Shown here piece by piece: positions 9,946-18,544 of a stretch of DNA of 64,000 bases. Below the pieces are notes generated by a model. That model was not told the origin of the DNA, did not search any database, and saw only the letters and a program-made list of their open reading frames with translations. The DNA is taken from the NCBI GenBank assembly GCA_964385625.1, contig CAYLPS010000004.1, positions 6,407-70,406 on the forward strand, in the 5' to 3' direction. The DNA comes from an uncultured Anaerolineaceae bacterium. Its GTDB lineage: Bacteria; Chloroflexota; Anaerolineae; Anaerolineales; UBA4823. The stretch's first letter is position 1. Every line of letters begins with the position of its first letter. Made by a program: the position numbers and the translations under genes.

Positions 9946-10012
9946 CCGGAAGGGCGTCCTTCGGGTTTCGGATTTCGCGTTTTAAAAACCCGAAACATGA
10001 AACCCGAAATCC
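9946..10012. repeat. Repeat-rich intergenic region (TTTCGGG / CCCGAAA units around a TTTTAAAAA centre)
   Basis: Sequence ccggaagggcgtccttcgggtttcggatttcgcgttttaaaaacccgaaacatgaaacccgaaatcc, between the helicase-like gene and the primase gene. Confidence 0.5.
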
Positions 10013-10018
10013 ACCCCT

Positions 10019-11851
10019 TCATGTTTTGTCGCTCTTGAACCTGCCAGGCAGGCCGCCACCCATCAAAATCCAGGCCTGGGCTGCCGGCCCACGCGCCCCT
10101 TTGCGCTCGACCAGGTCAATCAACCCATCCCGGCGCATCCGTTCCACCAGGCGATCCACCAGGTCACGGCGGTTGCTGTCCGTCATACTCAAAGCAATGG
10201 CCAGCTCGCGAGTGGACAGGCCGGCCGGTTTCTGGCGCAGGACACGGATGGTCTTGGCTTCCAGGTCATCATCTTCGCTGGCACGGCCGGCGTCTGCGAT
10301 CATCCGGTGCAGGCTGGCGCGCATCGCCTCGGTAATCACCTGGGCCTTTGCCCAGTGCTCCATGGTGACGGTGACAGTCCCGGTGTGAGAGGCGTTTGCC
10401 CAATCGGTTGTGGCCAGTAGCAGGGCTATTTTCATTGCCAGGGCGTGAAAGCGGCCATAGTTGGCGTAGAATTTCTCGAGCACCAGTTTCTGGCGCATTA
10501 GCTCCCACAACCCACTGTGGTAAGCATCCCAGCTCTCCCACACTCCCCTGGCCAGTGCCGCCTGCAGCGCCGCTGCGTTCTGGATTTCACCCAGGCCCGT
10601 TTCTTGCGGCTGAGGCAATATCTCCAATGCCAGGTCATGCAAGGAACTGATCAGCCCATGAGGGGTCTCAACCTGCGGTGGGTAGAAGACCCGCCAGGGT
10701 GGCACATCCGGCGTGATAAAGCCGACACGGGCAAACAGACCGTTGCCCCAATACGCCCGGTTATTGATATGCACGCGCATCGCGGAAGGTGTGGTAGAGC
10801 CACAAATGGTCAAATAAGCGTTATGGATGGTCTGGCGGCCGCGGATAATCGTGGAGGCAGCGGTCAGTTTCTTGGGACAATCGAACAACCTCAACACCTG
10901 ATTGAGTAAATCGGACGTGTACTTCTGGTCAAACGCTTCCAGCAGGGCAGCCGCTTCGTCGATCAGCCAGACACGCTGCGCTGCAAAAGGGCGTTCACGG
11001 CGCCAATCTTCCTGATCGTTCAGTTCCCAGGAGGCGAACGTATCAGGCTGGCGACCGGTCAGCTCGCTGATCAGGCTTTGCGGGGTGATCCCCACTGGCA
11101 GCATGAACCGCTCCAGGCCTGCCTGTTCCAGGATATAGCGAGCGAGGTCCAGCGCAGTGGTTTTGGCATACAGCGTCGAATGGGCCACAATCAAGCCATA
11201 AAAGTTGGAGTACAGGCTGGTGTTCGACACGCGCAAGAACACCCGCCTGGCGATGGCGGTGGCAAGGAGCGCCAGGCCTAAGATCAGGTGAAACAACCGT
11301 GGGCTCATGGGAGCCGCCTGGCAGGCAAAATCCATATAGGCACCCAACCAGCCGCCAATGCCATCGATCCCTCTGACCAGCTTCTCAGGATAACGAGCCG
11401 AAGCAGGCAGTTCAGGCACATCCGTCAGCATGCTCAGTTCCTGGGCCTTGGTTTCTGCTTTGAACTCATCCTCGTCTTCGGCAAGCGGGGCGGAAAGAAC
11501 CTCTGCTCGAATTTCGTTGGCATCGTCGCGACTGGCAATCAGCTCTTCAAATATTTCCACTGCGCTGCGCCCATTGCGCCGGGCAATAATCTCCCGAGCC
11601 AGTCCATTCCAGGGCTCAACCAGGTTCACTGCATCAGGCACATGCTCCCCCGCAATCAAACGGGCGATGTGACGTGCCCCTGCGTTTGCGGTATAATTTG
11701 AATAGCTACCGGCACGGTTTTCCGTGTCCTCTGAATTGGGCGCCTGCGACAAGGCGCCCAGTTTGTTTTCTTCCATGGGCATCTCCTGCTTGAGTTCAGC
11801 CAGCCTGGCCAGGCTCAGGTTCCGTGCGGTTCTGGTTTTCAACCTCCGCAT
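10019..11851 (-). CDS. Helicase/loader-like replication protein (DUF3987-like, tentative) with C-terminal winged helix
   Basis: 610 aa with a deviant P-loop-like VAHSTLYAKTTAL, Walker-B-like WLIDEAA, and C-terminal STRELAIALSM...LVERMRRDGLI. Lies directly upstream of the primase. Confidence 0.45.
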   Translation of the reverse strand: MRRLKTRTARNLSLARLAELKQEMPMEENKLGALSQAPNSEDTENRAGSYSNYTANAGARHIARLIAGEHVPDAVNLVEPWNGLAREIIARRNGRSAVEIFEELIASRDDANEIRAEVLSAPLAEDEDEFKAETKAQELSMLTDVPELPASARYPEKLVRGIDGIGGWLGAYMDFACQAAPMSPRLFHLILGLALLATAIARRVFLRVSNTSLYSNFYGLIVAHSTLYAKTTALDLARYILEQAGLERFMLPVGITPQSLISELTGRQPDTFASWELNDQEDWRRERPFAAQRVWLIDEAAALLEAFDQKYTSDLLNQVLRLFDCPKKLTAASTIIRGRQTIHNAYLTICGSTTPSAMRVHINNRAYWGNGLFARVGFITPDVPPWRVFYPPQVETPHGLISSLHDLALEILPQPQETGLGEIQNAAALQAALARGVWESWDAYHSGLWELMRQKLVLEKFYANYGRFHALAMKIALLLATTDWANASHTGTVTVTMEHWAKAQVITEAMRASLHRMIADAGRASEDDDLEAKTIRVLRQKPAGLSTRELAIALSMTDSNRRDLVDRLVERMRRDGLIDLVERKGARGPAAQAWILMGGGLPGRFKSDKT

Positions 11852-12011
11852 CGGCAGACTGGTGGATCAAGTCTGGCAGCAGCCCTCGGCGCAGCAGCTC
11901 CTGCCGGACAAGGAAACGGATCTGGTCACGCGGGTCGCGCATTTCCAGCGCCGCCCACTGGGCCAGGGTTTCCGCTTCGGTTTCGTTCAAGTGAACCAAC
12001 AATCGGATCAT
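11796..12011 (-). CDS. Ribbon-helix-helix (CopG/Arc-like) DNA-binding protein, 71 aa
   Basis: Internal ATG at 12011 with GGAGG 5 nt upstream (cctcc at 12017-12021 on +). MIRLLVHLNETEAETLAQWAAL fits a strand-helix-helix pattern. The 124-aa ORF-track version is probably over-extended. Confidence 0.6.
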   Translation of the reverse strand: MIRLLVHLNETEAETLAQWAALEMRDPRDQIRFLVRQELLRRGLLPDLIHQSADAEVENQNRTEPEPGQAG

Positions 12012-12213
12012 CAAAACCTCCTGAATCATGTTTATTGGACATACTTGCAACAGGATATCGAAAAGTGGAGGAAGGAAAAAGGGATTATTTCTTTTCCTTC
12101 TTAACCTTCCTGCACGTTGCCGTGCCTCTTCCCCGCCCTCAATCCGCCTTGTTTTGTATCGGGCTCGCACCGCCGGGTGGGAAGAGTATGAAGTTGGTAA
12201 TGTTCAGGGGTTG

Positions 12214-12269
12214 CTATTGTGTAACACAATAGGTTTGGCGAAATAAGTACTTATTGTATTATACAATAG
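12214..12269. promoter_or_regulatory. Paired palindromic operator-like sites (CTATTGTG-taa-CACAATAG; TTATTGTAT-t-ATACAATAG)
   Basis: Perfect 8-bp arms at 12214-12232 and 8/9 arms at 12251-12269, upstream of the RHH/replication operon. 12248-12272 recurs at 33248-33272 with 24/25 identity. Confidence 0.55.
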
Positions 12270-12330
12270 GTTATAACAAAACAAACACAGATCCTGGAAC
12301 CTGTACCTGGATTCAAATTATCAGCAACCC

Positions 12331-13344
12331 TTACCTGGTTTTCTTTTGAAGTTCGCGCTTAACCTGCTGCACTTCATCCAGCAGGGCATCATCGGCTTCT
12401 TGATAGCGCTTCAGCCGTTTTCGGGCATATTCCAGCAGCTTTACATCATGAGGCCAACCAATCCTGAGTTTGATTTCCTTCCAGGGCATCCGGGGGTCTT
12501 GTTCACGAATTTCTTCTGCCCACTGTGCATATGCCATACGCTGGATAATTTCTTCTTTAGATAATCCTGGGTTGCCTGGCTGAGCGTTACGGGCGGGTGC
12601 GATCACTTCGGCTGCTGATGTTGCAGAGGTTTCGGCTTGCAGCAGCCCGTCCCGCTGCAAGCGCCGTTCTATATGCACCAGTAGTTGATTTTGCTTGTCC
12701 AGCTTCTGCTGTAGCAGCCTTATCTGACCCACGTTCAGCATGCGAGGCCGGGTAGTATTCAAACATTCCTTAAATCCGGGATCCAGCGGATCACAATTTT
12801 TCATTGCTTCACCTAAAGCCAGCGCGTCCAGCTTGTTCTCCGCTTCTGAACGCTTGTGCAGGATATGATCGGTATGGTAAGCCCATCCGACCAGGTAATA
12901 CATGGTCTCTTCCTCCGATGGCATGTCGGGGTCGGTCGCTCGCAAGTTGGTGCGCTGATCACCAATCGACCTCAGCCAGATCTCGCCGAAATATCCCATG
13001 CGGGACCACCCTGAGTCATCGAAAAGGGTGTAAATGATCAAGCCATCCATTTGGGGCGGCCTGCGCCACCAGCGTACCTTATCGCCAAATTGATCCACCA
13101 GGTACACCATCACAGCCGCGTCTACGGATGCCAGAGGAGCCTGGATGACGATTCCATCTGTGCGAATTTTATTGTTGCCTTCCATATCCTGAACACTGCC
13201 CCTTTCGGCGCTAATTTTACCCGGTGTACAATAGGATGGCAAACAAGTACTCTTGTAGTGAAAGATTGGGGGGTAAGGCGCGTTTTTCTGGTCGCCGCCA
13301 GGCCAATAACGGCTGAAAAGGATGGCGTATAATTGGATGGACAA
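12331..13344 (-). CDS. Hypothetical protein (up to 337 aa; start uncertain, alternative ATG at 13185)
   Basis: Long ORF with a protein-like C-terminal two-thirds (coiled-coil and charged helical region). No family recognised. Confidence 0.5.
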   Translation of the reverse strand: MSIQLYAILFSRYWPGGDQKNAPYPPIFHYKSTCLPSYCTPGKISAERGSVQDMEGNNKIRTDGIVIQAPLASVDAAVMVYLVDQFGDKVRWWRRPPQMDGLIIYTLFDDSGWSRMGYFGEIWLRSIGDQRTNLRATDPDMPSEEETMYYLVGWAYHTDHILHKRSEAENKLDALALGEAMKNCDPLDPGFKECLNTTRPRMLNVGQIRLLQQKLDKQNQLLVHIERRLQRDGLLQAETSATSAAEVIAPARNAQPGNPGLSKEEIIQRMAYAQWAEEIREQDPRMPWKEIKLRIGWPHDVKLLEYARKRLKRYQEADDALLDEVQQVKRELQKKTR

Positions 13345-13369
13345 AATTGTGCTTCACTATTCTGCCCGT

Positions 13370-13387
13370 TTTCAGCAAATGCTGAAA
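13370..13387. promoter_or_regulatory. Palindrome TTTCAGCA-aa-TGCTGAAA upstream of abiEi
   Basis: Perfect 8-bp inverted arms about 85 nt upstream of the abiEi ATG. Confidence 0.3.
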
Positions 13388-13472
13388 GTGCAAGCAGAAG
13401 GTCAACAGAAAGACGTAGAGGCAGGATCCGTTATCCATTGCATTAATTTAGCATCGGTGCTAGGATTCAATC

Positions 13473-14126
13473 ATGGAATTTGAGCGCTTGTTGGAGCTGG
13501 TTGGCGATGAACCGGTCTTTGAGACCGCCCTGCTGTTGGCTGGCAAGGTCAACCCAGATATCGTGCGCCTGCAGCTCACCCGCTGGACGAATAGCGGGCG
13601 GGTGTATCAACTGCGTCGCGGCCTGTACGCCATCGCCCCGCCCTATCAAAAAGTCAAGCCGCACCCCTTCCTGATTGCCAACCGCATGCGGCGCGCCTCC
13701 TATGTCAGCGGGCAGTCGGCCCTGGCTTTTTACGGGCTGATCCCCGATACTGTGCAGCTCACCCTCAGCATCACTACCGGCCGCCCAGAGCGTTTAGAAA
13801 CGCCGCTGGGCGTTTTTGAGTTCCGCCACGTCAAACCCGAGCTGCTGCGCGGCTATCGCATGCTGGCGCTGCACGGCCAAAAAGCCCCAGAGCAACAGGC
13901 CCTGGTAGCCACACCCGAAAAGGCCCTGCTGGACCTGGTGTATTTACAGCCCGGCGGTGATACCCCATCTTACCTGCACGAGCTGCGCCTACAAAACCTG
14001 GAGCGGCTGGATCTTGACGAGCTGCGCCGCCAGGCTGAAACCTTCCATACCCCCAAACTGCGCCGGGCCGTCAAGGCCATTACCAGCCTGGCGCACAGCG
14101 AAACCCAGGAGTATGAAACATTATGA
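13473..14126 (+). CDS. abiEi: AbiEi-family antitoxin (type IV TA / abortive infection)
   Basis: N-terminal winged helix (LQLTRWTNSGRVYQLRRGLYAI), C-terminal AbiEi-type domain, and ATGA overlap with the downstream AbiEii gene. Confidence 0.85.
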   Translation: MEFERLLELVGDEPVFETALLLAGKVNPDIVRLQLTRWTNSGRVYQLRRGLYAIAPPYQKVKPHPFLIANRMRRASYVSGQSALAFYGLIPDTVQLTLSITTGRPERLETPLGVFEFRHVKPELLRGYRMLALHGQKAPEQQALVATPEKALLDLVYLQPGGDTPSYLHELRLQNLERLDLDELRRQAETFHTPKLRRAVKAITSLAHSETQEYETL

Positions 14127-14929
14127 GAGAGCACCTGGCTGAACTGGTTCGGCAGACTGCCACGCCCGCCCAAGGCCGCAACCTGGCAAGAGAATACCTG
14201 CAGGCCCGCATCCTGGCTGCGTTGCAGCGCGCCGGGGCGATGATCCCGCTGGCTTTTCATGGCGGCACCGCCCTGCGCTTTCTATATGCCCACGGGCGTT
14301 ACTCTGAAGATTTGGACTTCGCCCTGGAAGGCGACCGCGGCAGCTACGATTTTCGCGGCTACCTGCAAGCAATTCGAGCCGAGTTGACGCCGGAGGGTTA
14401 CCCGGTTGAGCTCAAGGTCAGCGATCAAAAGACCGTCCACAGCGCCTTCGTGCGCTTCCCCGGCCTGTTGTACGATCTGGGGCTGTCTGGCCAGCAAAGA
14501 GAAGTCTTGGCCGTGAAAATCGAAGTGGACACCAACCCACCCGCCGGCGCCGGGGTGGCGACCACGGTCGTGCGCCGCTTTGTGGTGCTCCAGCTTCAGC
14601 ACCACGATAAGCCCTCGCTGCTCTCAGGCAAGCTGCACGCCATCTTGCAGCGTTCTTACACCAAGGGCCGCGACCTTTACGACCTGCTCTGGTATCTCAG
14701 CGACCCCGCCTGGCCGCCGCCGAACCTGACCCTGCTTAACAATGCCCTGGCGCAAACCGGCTGGCAAGGCGAGATATTGACAGCGATCAACTGGCGAAAC
14801 CAGGTGCGCCAGCGCCTGCGCCGCCTGGATTGGGAGAACATCCAGGCGGACGTGCGCCCGTTCATAGAATCGGGGTTTGACTTGAGTTTATTGAGCCTGG
14901 AAAACCTGGAACGGGTGTTGGGAGAATAG
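14123..14929 (+). CDS. abiEii: AbiEii/AbiGii-family nucleotidyltransferase toxin
   Basis: LAFHGGTALRFLY...RYSEDLDFAL nucleotidyltransferase signature; 268 aa. Confidence 0.9.
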   Translation: MREHLAELVRQTATPAQGRNLAREYLQARILAALQRAGAMIPLAFHGGTALRFLYAHGRYSEDLDFALEGDRGSYDFRGYLQAIRAELTPEGYPVELKVSDQKTVHSAFVRFPGLLYDLGLSGQQREVLAVKIEVDTNPPAGAGVATTVVRRFVVLQLQHHDKPSLLSGKLHAILQRSYTKGRDLYDLLWYLSDPAWPPPNLTLLNNALAQTGWQGEILTAINWRNQVRQRLRRLDWENIQADVRPFIESGFDLSLLSLENLERVLGE

Positions 14930-14933
14930 TGGA

Positions 14934-17681
14934 ATGCGCAAAATTTCCGAAGCTGAGACTCGCAAAAAGTTGATCGACCCTGCCCTGGAAAGAGCAGGAT
15001 GGAATCTGAAGAACCATGCCCAGGTCGGTTTGGAAATTCCAGTGGATGGGTATGACAAAGAGCCCTGGAATGGAGTCACCGATTACTGTCTCTACCGGGC
15101 AAATGGTGAAGTGATCGCTGTGGTAGAAGCTAAACGTACCAGCCATGACCCGCGCCTGGCACAGCAGCAAGCCGAGCATTATGTAACCGAAATCACCAAA
15201 CACCAGCGCTTTCAGCCCTTTGCCTTCCTGACAAACGGAACAGATATCTATTTCCTGGAAAAAGGCCTGGCTCCAAAGCGCCTGGTTTATGGCTTTTTCT
15301 CGCCCGACGATCTGGAACGCTTGCTCTTCTTGCGGCAGCAGCAAAAGCCTCTCAGCAGCATTGCAATTGATAATACCATCACTGATCGCGCTTACCAGCA
15401 TGAAGCGATTCGTCGGGTGTGTGAAGCCTTCGACGCGGGCAAACGTAAAGCTTTGCTTGTAATGGCAACAGGCACCGGCAAAACCCGGACAACCATGTCC
15501 ATTATTGATGTTTTTCTGCGCGCCAACCAGGCGCGCACGATCTTATTTGTCGCTGACCGCGACGCTCTGGTTGAGCAAGCGAAAACCGATGGTTTTGAGA
15601 AGTTTTTGCCGCATGAACCATGCGATCGGATTTACTCCCATACGATCGATAAAACCAAACGTCTGTACGCAGTAACCTTGCAAACGCTTAGCCAATGCTT
15701 TGAACAATTTTCGCCTGCCTTTTTCGATTTGATCATTTTTGATGAGGTTCACCGCTCCATTTTCAACAAGTTCAATGAGGTGCTTCAGTATTTTGATGCA
15801 CGCATGATCGGCCTGACCGCCACCCCAGCGCAGTTCATTGATCGGGATACGTTTCGTGTTTTTGAATGCGGCGATGGCAAGCCCACCTTTTTGTACCCTT
15901 ACAAACAGGCCATCGAAGAAGGCTTCCTAGTGGATTACACGCTTTACGCCGCGCAAACCCGTTTTCAGCGCTCCGGCATTCGCGGCGTTGACTTGAGCGA
16001 CGAAGAGCGGAATTTACTGATCGAGCAGGGTTTTGATCCTGATGAAATTGATTTCGAAGGTACTCAGCTCGAAAAGGATGTCAGCAACAAGGATACCCTG
16101 CGCAAGCAGTGGGAAGAGATCATGGATAAATGCTACCGTGACCAATCCGGTCAACTACCGGGTAAGACCATCATTTTTGCCATAACCCAAGAACATGCCC
16201 TGCGCTTGCAAGAAATCTTCGACCAGATGTATCCCCAGTTCCCGAACCTGGTGCGCGTGATAACGCATAAATCTGAATATCGCGGCCAATTGGTCAAGAA
16301 TTTCAAACAGGAAGATATGCCGCGGATTGCCATTTCGGTGGACATGCTCGATACCGGCATTGATGTCCCCGAAGTAGTCAACCTAGTATTCATGAAACCT
16401 GTTCAGTCACGCATCAAGCTGGAGCAGATGGTCGGACGTGGCACCCGCTCGAACGCGGCATGCAGGTTTCCCGAGCGCCTGCCCGGCGGCGTTAAACGCG
16501 AGTTCCAGGTGATTGATTTCTGGGAAAATGATTTCAATAAAGCCCCTGAAGTAGCCCAGGCCCAAGAACTGCCCGTGCTGGTCTCGCTATTTAACACCCG
16601 CCTGCGATTGTTAGAAACTTATCTCGGAGAACAGGATGATCCTGGCTGCCAGCAGACGATTGGCGATCTACGCGCTCAGATTGGGCGCATTCCCAAGGAA
16701 TCTTTCTCTGTGCGGCGCGTGCTTCCCGAGATCGAAGAAGCCTTCACCGATGCATTTTGGGGCTATTTGGTCTCTACGAAAATCGATTTTCTACGCCTCA
16801 AGGTTGGTCCCCTGCTGCGTTTAGCCCCAGACGTGGATGTGCCGGCAGAAACCTTCCACCACAAAATTGAACGGTTGAAGTTAGCTCAACGCACAGGAAG
16901 AGACCCTGCCGATCTTGTGCAATCTATTGTTGAGGATGCTGCCAGTCTGCCCGATTTTGTCATTCAAGATCCGGCGCTTTCTCCACTAGTCAAACAATGT
17001 AAGCCCAACAATTTGACGCAAGCTTCACCCAGCGAACTCAGCCAGATTGCGGCTGGCCTGGCGCCGCAGATGAAGAACAAGCGCCGGGTGAGCAGTTTCT
17101 TGACCCTGGATCTGCCTGATCGCATTGATCTGAGCGGTTACATCTTGCTAACCCAAAGCGGTGAGCAAGTGTATGTCAAGGAATACCGCCAACGGGTGGA
17201 GACGCGTATCCTGGCAATCGTTGAAAACCACCCCGCAATGCAAGCCATTGGCCGCGGCGAAACCCCCGATGATTTGCTACTGCTCGATCTGGAACGAACC
17301 TTGCAAGCTGAGCTGGCTGCAAGCGAGTTGGAGTTGACGCCGCAAAATATCCGCCGCGCTTATGGTGTACAAGTGGAAAGTTTCCTGGACTTTCTGCGCC
17401 TGATATTAGCTGTGGATGCCATTCCTGGGTATCGTGAGATCGTTCAACATCAATTCCAACAATTCATCAGTGCTCACCTGTATAATGCCAATCAAATCCG
17501 CTTCTTGCGCGCCGTACAAAGCGTATTTCTACAAAAACGCCGCCTGGCTTTGCCCGATTTCTATGCTGAACCGCTCACCAATTTTGGCGCCGATGCCGTT
17601 GATCGCTGGTTTAGCCAGGACGAAGTGTCTGAAGTCCTGGAATTTACTGAAAAACTTACCCTTGCTGATGGTCCAAAATGA
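14934..17681 (+). CDS. hsdR: Type I restriction enzyme R subunit
   Basis: N-terminal nuclease motif (DYCLY...AVVEAKR), helicase motif I MATGTGKTRT, motif II IIFDEVHRS, and an EcoEI-R-type C-terminal domain. Confidence 0.9.
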   Translation: MRKISEAETRKKLIDPALERAGWNLKNHAQVGLEIPVDGYDKEPWNGVTDYCLYRANGEVIAVVEAKRTSHDPRLAQQQAEHYVTEITKHQRFQPFAFLTNGTDIYFLEKGLAPKRLVYGFFSPDDLERLLFLRQQQKPLSSIAIDNTITDRAYQHEAIRRVCEAFDAGKRKALLVMATGTGKTRTTMSIIDVFLRANQARTILFVADRDALVEQAKTDGFEKFLPHEPCDRIYSHTIDKTKRLYAVTLQTLSQCFEQFSPAFFDLIIFDEVHRSIFNKFNEVLQYFDARMIGLTATPAQFIDRDTFRVFECGDGKPTFLYPYKQAIEEGFLVDYTLYAAQTRFQRSGIRGVDLSDEERNLLIEQGFDPDEIDFEGTQLEKDVSNKDTLRKQWEEIMDKCYRDQSGQLPGKTIIFAITQEHALRLQEIFDQMYPQFPNLVRVITHKSEYRGQLVKNFKQEDMPRIAISVDMLDTGIDVPEVVNLVFMKPVQSRIKLEQMVGRGTRSNAACRFPERLPGGVKREFQVIDFWENDFNKAPEVAQAQELPVLVSLFNTRLRLLETYLGEQDDPGCQQTIGDLRAQIGRIPKESFSVRRVLPEIEEAFTDAFWGYLVSTKIDFLRLKVGPLLRLAPDVDVPAETFHHKIERLKLAQRTGRDPADLVQSIVEDAASLPDFVIQDPALSPLVKQCKPNNLTQASPSELSQIAAGLAPQMKNKRRVSSFLTLDLPDRIDLSGYILLTQSGEQVYVKEYRQRVETRILAIVENHPAMQAIGRGETPDDLLLLDLERTLQAELAASELELTPQNIRRAYGVQVESFLDFLRLILAVDAIPGYREIVQHQFQQFISAHLYNANQIRFLRAVQSVFLQKRRLALPDFYAEPLTNFGADAVDRWFSQDEVSEVLEFTEKLTLADGPK

Positions 17682-18541
17682 TCGAATTTATTGAATCTCA
17701 CCGTGGAAAACCAATCTGCCAGACCTTTAAAGACCTGGCTGCCCGGACGTGGAATTATCTGGCTGAGGGCGCCAGGATCGGTATGCCTCCGGGTGAGGAA
17801 ACATTGACCGATGAAAACCTGATGGCGATCCTGGCTCTGCATGCAAGCCAGGTGGCAATTTGGCGTTTCACCAAGCACAGGGAAAGCCAGGTTGGTGCAG
17901 ATTGGGAATGGTGGTTCGGCAACCCGACAAACGGCTGGTTTGGAATGCGAGTGCAGGCTAAAAAGCTTGACCTGAAACAATTCTCCTCTTATTACGGGGT
18001 TGACCACCCCGATCACACCAACCAACAGATTGATGCATTGATTCGGGAAAGCCAAAGTGCAGGTCTGTTTCCTGCTTACTGCCTCTATAACACCCATTTA
18101 TCTCCCAGACTCCCCGAATGGGGCTGCAGCATAACATCTGCTGTGGCCATGCGGAGCGCCTTAGGACAGCCCCAGGCGCGCCGTTCGCACGCTGTTGCGT
18201 TTAAAGATATTGAAAAATATTTGTTCCCCTGGCATCGCCTGGTTTGCCATCCTGAAACAGGCCACCCCGACGGCGGTGGTTTTCCTGACCTGGTGCGCAA
18301 TTCAATTTTGCCTGGCCTTCCATCTAGTCTGCAGGGAGAGGTGCCGGAGACTCACCCCGAGTTGCCCGATTACGCCAGAAAACTGGTGGGAGAAGTGACT
18401 GCTTCTTTGGAAAATAAAATGATCCCTGCTGTGGATACCATGGAACTTGAGTTTCCCACCCAATATCTGGTTGTTGTGTCAGACCAACCCATATTTCCGC
18501 GATTTATCATTGATGAGATGAAACCTTTTCGGGAGAAATAA
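17678..18541 (+). CDS. Uncharacterised 287-aa protein embedded in the hsd operon; possible PD-(D/E)xK-like fold
   Basis: ATGA overlap with the hsdR stop; its stop is 3 nt before the hsdM ATG. Pattern is E40/E41, D75 (GADWEWWF), Q93-A-K95 (MRVQAKK). No family recognised. Confidence 0.6.
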   Translation: MIEFIESHRGKPICQTFKDLAARTWNYLAEGARIGMPPGEETLTDENLMAILALHASQVAIWRFTKHRESQVGADWEWWFGNPTNGWFGMRVQAKKLDLKQFSSYYGVDHPDHTNQQIDALIRESQSAGLFPAYCLYNTHLSPRLPEWGCSITSAVAMRSALGQPQARRSHAVAFKDIEKYLFPWHRLVCHPETGHPDGGGFPDLVRNSILPGLPSSLQGEVPETHPELPDYARKLVGEVTASLENKMIPAVDTMELEFPTQYLVVVSDQPIFPRFIIDEMKPFREK

Positions 18542-18544
18542 ACG

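Noticed and set aside
9393-10388. 331-aa ORF on the + strand
   Set aside because: It is entirely antisense to the primase and helicase-like genes, which have clear motifs. Its composition is Arg/Ser/Pro/Cys-rich, typical of a high-GC antisense frame.
11796-12170. Full 124-aa version of the RHH ORF
   Set aside because: The N-terminal 53 codons are Arg-rich and cross an intergenic hairpin region. An internal ATG (12011) has a GGAGG 5 nt upstream and starts exactly at the RHH beta-strand.
14862-15401. 179-aa ORF antisense to hsdR; likewise 17561-18097 antisense to hsdR/orf287 and 18971-19588 and 19679-20140 antisense to hsdM
   Set aside because: They overlap genes with unambiguous motifs on the other strand, and no family resemblance was seen.
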